Part shown: piece by piece, positions 9,093 through 12,655 of the stretch | Position numbering within the stretch: position 1 is the stretch's first letter | Layout: the number at the start of each line of letters is the position of its first letter | Assembly: GCA_029932605.1 (NCBI GenBank) | Contig: JAOZPT010000062.1 | Coordinates: forward strand, 1-12,655 | Length of the DNA: 12,655 nucleotides | Direction: 5' to 3' | Origin: Candidatus Zixiibacteriota bacterium | Lineage (GTDB): Bacteria; Zixibacteria; MSB-5A5; UBA10806; 4484-95 | Notes under the pieces: generated by a model | What the model was told of the DNA's origin: nothing | The model's input: the letters and a program-made list of their open reading frames with translations, nothing else | The model's database searches: none | Translations under genes and position numbers: made by a program

Positions 9093-9114
9093 GATGATGG
9101 GGAGGTAACTACAA

Positions 9115-10803
9115 ATGAAAAAACAGATACTTGTTCTTAGTATTTTTGCTTTGGGAGTTTTGGCATTTATTGTCGGTTGTGGGGAAAAATCACTTAAAGG
9201 AAATATCAAGGAAAACCAACCCCCGGAAGTATATTTTGCCAACATTCCTGTGGCTGATTCTGTTTTCAGTTCTAATGCTGAGATGAGTTGGTATAGCACT
9301 GATTCAGATGGTAGGGTTTTACATTATTATTACCGTGTCCTTCTTGATGAGGATATTGGTGGTGATCCGGAGGCCTATATTAATGATGTTCTCATGCCGC
9401 TTGACACTTTGAAGCTTGATTCTTTAGGATGGACAAGAGTGGATTTAACTACGGTTTCGGTTGCGCTTTACGCCTCGGAGGCTGAAACAGATACAATCCC
9501 CCAATATGTATTTCTGACATGCATAGATGATGTAGGTGATTTCTCCGATGTAATTTATCGATCGTTTTTCAGAATAAACCATCTTCCTGAAACTTTTATA
9601 ACTCGAATCCCCGGCAAAGCTTATCCATCGATATCCGCTCCGGCTGATTCGGTGTGGTGTTTGCCCGACACCAATGAACTCTGGCATGGTTTAACGATAT
9701 CATGGATTGGTGAGGATACAGCAGATTTCCCCGGAGGTGATGCGCCGGATTTCGAGTATCAATGGAAACTTTTTGCGTTCTTTGACACATCAACATATAG
9801 CGTCAATGATACGTCATTTAATGTAGATGATACTTCGATGGCTGATGATTACTATTATTCTTATGACTCTGAGGATGGAGATGAATGGGTTTGGGATACT
9901 CAAATTGTTTTTGATAACTTGCGAACCGGCTGTTATATATTTACGGTTAGGACAAGAGACGACGCCTTGACTGTCGATACTACGGTGGCCTGGGATAAAT
10001 TCATGTGTTTTGAACCGGTTTGGATATCTAATCCTGATAGCGCTTTTGACATCTTGTTGCTTCAGGCAACCCAATTTGGCCCTCCCAGGCGAGGTACTCC
10101 CTCTAATTTTGACCCCCCTGGATTCCAGGACTCTATCGTAAATTTTTACAGGCAAAAAATCGATAGTACGGTTTACAGATATACAATCAAAGACGACGCA
10201 TATCCATCGTTCTCAGATCTTGCAAAACACAGGATGGTAATTGTAGACGACATGGACTATATGGAAGGCGAATTAGAGTCGGGCCGTCTGTTAGAAAGCA
10301 TACTCGAGAGATATCTCTCTATTGGTGGAAAAGCCTGGGTTATAGGTCGGCAAACCTTTTTTGGTGGTACCGGATATGGTCCAAAAAATTTCGATGCAGC
10401 ATCTATCGCATTCAACTTCTTCGATCTGAGTGCGACTAACTTAACACCTGAAAATACAGATTCAATTGCCGAGCTTATAGGAGCGGTATCGGTATCCAGT
10501 GAATTCGATGACTTAGAATTTGATATATTGAAGATATCTCATTTAAGGCAATATGGCATAAGCAAGGTTGAGGGGTTGGCAAGATACTCTAATATCTCTG
10601 AAACAATGTATACTTTTGATGCAATTAATCCTGATACATCCTCTCAACATGGAAGGCCCATAGCTGTTAGGTATTATCCAGAAAACGGGATTTATAAAAC
10701 CTCCTATTTCTGTTTCCCGTTATATTTAATGGATGATTCGGAGGGTGATGTCCAGCATGTATTTGATGTCATGTTGTCTTGGTTTTTAGATGAATCGGGT
10801 TAA
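9115..10803 (+). CDS. Multi-domain lipoprotein: two Ig-like repeats plus a C-terminal alpha/beta (possibly class I GATase-like/flavodoxin-like) domain
   Basis: GGAGGT RBS at 9101-9106; MKK, a hydrophobic stretch and lipobox IVG-C22; repeated NQPPEVYF...SWYSTDSDG...YYY and NHLPETFI...SWIGED...FEYQW...YIFTVRTRD; C-domain DILLL...DLAKHRMVIVD...LERYLSIGGKAWVIG...YFCFPLY. The lipoprotein call is firm; the fold calls are tentative. Confidence 0.8.
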   Translation: MKKQILVLSIFALGVLAFIVGCGEKSLKGNIKENQPPEVYFANIPVADSVFSSNAEMSWYSTDSDGRVLHYYYRVLLDEDIGGDPEAYINDVLMPLDTLKLDSLGWTRVDLTTVSVALYASEAETDTIPQYVFLTCIDDVGDFSDVIYRSFFRINHLPETFITRIPGKAYPSISAPADSVWCLPDTNELWHGLTISWIGEDTADFPGGDAPDFEYQWKLFAFFDTSTYSVNDTSFNVDDTSMADDYYYSYDSEDGDEWVWDTQIVFDNLRTGCYIFTVRTRDDALTVDTTVAWDKFMCFEPVWISNPDSAFDILLLQATQFGPPRRGTPSNFDPPGFQDSIVNFYRQKIDSTVYRYTIKDDAYPSFSDLAKHRMVIVDDMDYMEGELESGRLLESILERYLSIGGKAWVIGRQTFFGGTGYGPKNFDAASIAFNFFDLSATNLTPENTDSIAELIGAVSVSSEFDDLEFDILKISHLRQYGISKVEGLARYSNISETMYTFDAINPDTSSQHGRPIAVRYYPENGIYKTSYFCFPLYLMDDSEGDVQHVFDVMLSWFLDESG

Positions 10804-10816
10804 CGGGTTCTAGCTG

Positions 10817-10840
10817 GCCCCCTTCGGGGGGCTTTTTTTT
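10817..10840 (+). terminator. Rho-independent terminator of the four-gene operon
   Basis: GCCCCC-TTCG-GGGGGC (C-UUCG-G tetraloop) followed by 8 T, starting 13 nt after the lipoprotein stop codon. Confidence 0.93.
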
Positions 10841-10851
10841 ACAGGGGATAT

Positions 10852-11838
10852 TTGACGAAAAATATCGGTAAGAGATTAAAGGAAATTAAAAACCGCCGTT
10901 GTAATATCGCTGTCATCGGTAACCTTGTTTGGGACCGGATAATACAGTTTAACAGTAGCAGGGTTGAGGATTTTGGCGGTATAGCCTATAATCTTTCCGC
11001 ACTGGGGGCCTTGGCTAACATTGAGGGCAAGTCTGGCAGAATGATACGGATTTTTCCAGTTTGCAATGTTGGCTTTGATATTTTTGTTGATGCGAAAGCT
11101 TTCTTCGGTAATTTTTCCGCTATTGATTTTTCGTTTATAAGGAATACTCCGAGAAAAAATATAGTCCATGAGCTAAGATATGACGAAAAAGGTTACCGCA
11201 GCGAATGCAATATCGGTAGAATGTCCAAAATCACTCCGCATTTGTTTCAACATTGTAAGGTGGTTGATGCGGTCATAGTCAATTATATCGGTGGTGATGA
11301 ATTTCCACCCCGCTATTTAAGATGGTTGAAAGATAAATATGCCCCGTTAATTTATTTAGACTATCACAGCCTGGCTTTGGGCAGAACTGTAACTAGTCGT
11401 AAAATCTATAAAGTAAAACGTCATTTCAGATATAATCCACACTGGCGAAAATATATCGAGTTAGCTGACATAGTCCAGATGAATTACGACGAATTGAAAT
11501 CGATTTTTTCGGAAACCGTAAATGAAACAGGGTCGATAGTCCAATCAGCTAAGAATATTTATGATGCTGGACCTGATATCGTAATTATAACTCGAGAGGA
11601 TAAAGAGCTGGTGTTGATTGCCGGACCAAAATATAGTCCGAAAATATATATAATGCCTGTACATCCGGTCGGGAAATTAGTTGATTCCACCGGTTGCGGT
11701 GATAGCTTTGCCGCCGGATTTGTAATTAGCTACTATAAAGACCGTGATGTCGTTAAAGCGTGTGAACATGGCCTTTCTTTAGCGTGTCAAAAAGCGGGCT
11801 TTTCAGGTCTTACCGGCTTTTTAAAATTGATTAAGTAA
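10852..11838 (+). CDS. PfkB/ribokinase-family carbohydrate or nucleoside kinase
   Basis: N-terminal IAVIGNLVWD...DFGGIAYNL; ADIVQMNYDEL; IVIITR; C-terminal signature VDSTGCGDSFAAGF. TTG start with AGGGGA upstream; the exact start is uncertain. Confidence 0.88.
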   Translation: MTKNIGKRLKEIKNRRCNIAVIGNLVWDRIIQFNSSRVEDFGGIAYNLSALGALANIEGKSGRMIRIFPVCNVGFDIFVDAKAFFGNFSAIDFSFIRNTPRKNIVHELRYDEKGYRSECNIGRMSKITPHLFQHCKVVDAVIVNYIGGDEFPPRYLRWLKDKYAPLIYLDYHSLALGRTVTSRKIYKVKRHFRYNPHWRKYIELADIVQMNYDELKSIFSETVNETGSIVQSAKNIYDAGPDIVIITREDKELVLIAGPKYSPKIYIMPVHPVGKLVDSTGCGDSFAAGFVISYYKDRDVVKACEHGLSLACQKAGFSGLTGFLKLIK

Positions 11839-11911
11839 CGTTTATTAATGTTATTTTAATCAAGGTTATATACATCTATCAGAAGGATGTCATCTCCGCC
11901 TTTACTTAAAA

Positions 11912-11938
11912 TGTCATTCCTGCCCAAGGAGGAATCTA
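11912..11938. repeat. REP-like palindrome, (T/C)GTC-tagged type, copy 1
   Basis: TGTCATTCCTGCCCAAGGAGGAATCTA, with ATTCCT...AGGAAT stem; 25/27 identical to 12276-12302. Confidence 0.75.
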
Positions 11939-11940
11939 TA

Positions 11941-11965
11941 GTATAGACAGAATACTATTCTGTCC
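11941..11965. repeat. REP-like palindrome, GTAG-tag-like type, copy 1
   Basis: GTATA-GACAGAATA-C-TATTCTGTC-C; the core is identical to 12337-12355. Confidence 0.7.
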
Positions 11966-11979
11966 ATGTAAAATTAATA

Positions 11980-12024
11980 TCATTTCATAAATAGCATCTT
12001 ATATACAGTCAGGTCACCGTTAAC
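11980..12024 (-). pseudogene. Relic 3' end of a T9SS-CTD gene (...NGDLTVYKMLFMK*)
   Basis: 11941-12000 aligns without gaps to 12332-12391 (49/60 by hand count). The alignment includes the stop codon and KMLFMK* versus KMLLLK* of the intact convergent gene. Confidence 0.5.
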
Positions 12025-12048
12025 TACGACCTGACGCCAACGTTTAAT

Positions 12049-12096
12049 CTTGGGCAGGATGCCCAAGCCACATAAATAAATCTTTGGCTTGGGTGC
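12049..12096. repeat. REP-like palindrome with a truncated inverted partner
   Basis: CTTGGGCA-GGA-TGCCCAAG-CCACA (on the minus strand TGTGG-CTTGGGCATCCTGCCCAAG), then TGGCTTGGGT at 12085-12094, which is an inverted partial copy of GCCCAAGCCA at 12061-12070. Confidence 0.6.
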
Positions 12097-12131
12097 TGGT
12101 GTATTTTGACATATATGACGATAAATTGATA

Positions 12132-12212
12132 TGTCATTACGAGGAACGAAGTAACGAAGTAATCTCCTTATATAAAGAAATTTGAGATTGCTTCGCTTCT
12201 CTCGCAATGACA
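12132..12212. repeat. Composite palindromic element / MITE-like, GTCATTGCGAG...CGAAGCAATCTC type
   Basis: Outer inverted repeat TGTCATTACGAG / CTCGCAATGACA; inner inverted repeat CGAAGTAATCTC / GAGATTGCTTCG around an AT-rich loop. Confidence 0.75.
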
Positions 12213-12275
12213 GAATTAACCCATCTGTTGGGTTGATTACCTATGTTCTAATAGAGCTTATGTACAGTTAAAAAT

Positions 12276-12302
12276 TGTCATTCCTGCGCAAGCAGGAATC
12301 TA
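12276..12302. repeat. REP-like palindrome, (T/C)GTC-tagged type, copy 2
   Basis: TGTCATTCCTGCGCAAGCAGGAATCTA: perfect ATTCCTGC-GCAA-GCAGGAAT hairpin with a GNRA loop. Confidence 0.8.
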
Positions 12303-12331
12303 AAATAAGTATTAATTAAAGCTTTATGAAA

Positions 12332-12360
12332 GTAGAGACAGAATACTATTCTGTCCCTTC
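12332..12360. repeat. REP-like palindrome, GTAG-tagged, copy 2
   Basis: GTAGA-GACAGAATA-C-TATTCTGTC-CCTTC; the core lies 15 nt from the stop codon of the convergent gene. Confidence 0.72.
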
Positions 12361-12370
12361 AGAATCAAAA

Positions 12371-12655
12371 TTATTTCAATAACAGCATCTTTTTGGTCTT
12401 TGTATATTCGCCTTCTTGAATTTTATAAAAATAAATGCCTGATGGTTTATCGGTGGCATTCCAAATTACCTGATGGAAACCAGCAGGCTTGTTTTCGCTT
12501 ACAATCGTCTCAACTTTACGGCCAAGAAGGTCATAGATGTTAATAGTTACAAAGGCATCCATGGATAAACCGTATTCAATAATGGTGGAGGTATTGAATG
12601 GATTGGGATAGTTGGGTTGAATAAATGTTGTATGGGGGAGAATTTTGGGATTATT
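12371..12655 (-). CDS. C-terminal part of a secreted protein with T9SS type A-like CTD; gene starts beyond the window
   Basis: The frame is open from 12655: NNPKILPHTTFIQPNYPNPFNTSTIIEYGLSMDAFVTINIYDLLGRKVETIVSENKPAGFHQVIWNATDKPSGIYFYKIQEGEYTKTKKMLLLK*. ATG12562 is internal. Confidence 0.9.
   Translation of the reverse strand, partial: NNPKILPHTTFIQPNYPNPFNTSTIIEYGLSMDAFVTINIYDLLGRKVETIVSENKPAGFHQVIWNATDKPSGIYFYKIQEGEYTKTKKMLLLK

Noticed and set aside
1861..10803. Classical SusC/SusD polysaccharide utilisation locus
   Set aside because: The receptor lacks obvious SusC-specific signatures, no SusD-like lipoprotein follows it, and no recognisable CAZyme or regulator is present.
28..11169. Numerous short antisense or alternate-frame ORFs (62-115 aa) overlapping the large genes
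   Set aside because: All overlap long, motif-supported CDSs and show no recognisable motifs; they are shadow ORFs.
11980..12207. 75 aa minus-strand ORF as a real gene
   Set aside because: It is mostly translated palindromic repeats. Only the last ~6-15 codons resemble a CTD end, and these are reported as a relic.
11912..12360. CRISPR array or integron attC array
   Set aside because: There are only two copies per repeat, 364-391 nt apart, with no regular spacers, cas genes or integrase. I did not find attC-type RYYYAAC/GTTRRRY ends bounding the elements.

Overview
This bacterial window is dominated by cell-envelope and secreted proteins. The sequence suggests an FCB-superphylum organism outside Bacteroidota, such as a Zixibacteria-like lineage. 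That is an inference from T9SS-like C-terminal domains and a PorV-family gene occurring together with strong AGGAGG/GGAGGT Shine-Dalgarno sites. Contents, left to right: (1) a 5'-truncated secreted Asp-box/beta-propeller-like protein with a T9SS type A-like CTD; (2) a tight four-gene + strand operon closed by a strong UUCG intrinsic terminator; (3) a PfkB-family kinase; (4) a ~530 bp intergenic stretch packed with REP-like palindromes and a relic of a CTD gene 3' end; (5) the 3' end of a convergent gene with a T9SS type A-like CTD. The operon encodes a TonB-dependent receptor with a ~225 aa insert of ~11 DxNGNG calcium-binding-like repeats, a large acidic secreted protein with an atypical CTD, a PorV/PorQ (UPF0164)-family beta-barrel, and a multi-domain lipoprotein. 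This operon is the most interesting element. It looks like a SusD-independent uptake or surface complex in which a T9SS-exported protein may be tethered by its own dedicated PorV paralog next to a TonB-dependent transporter. All family calls come from motif recognition by eye; no searches were run.
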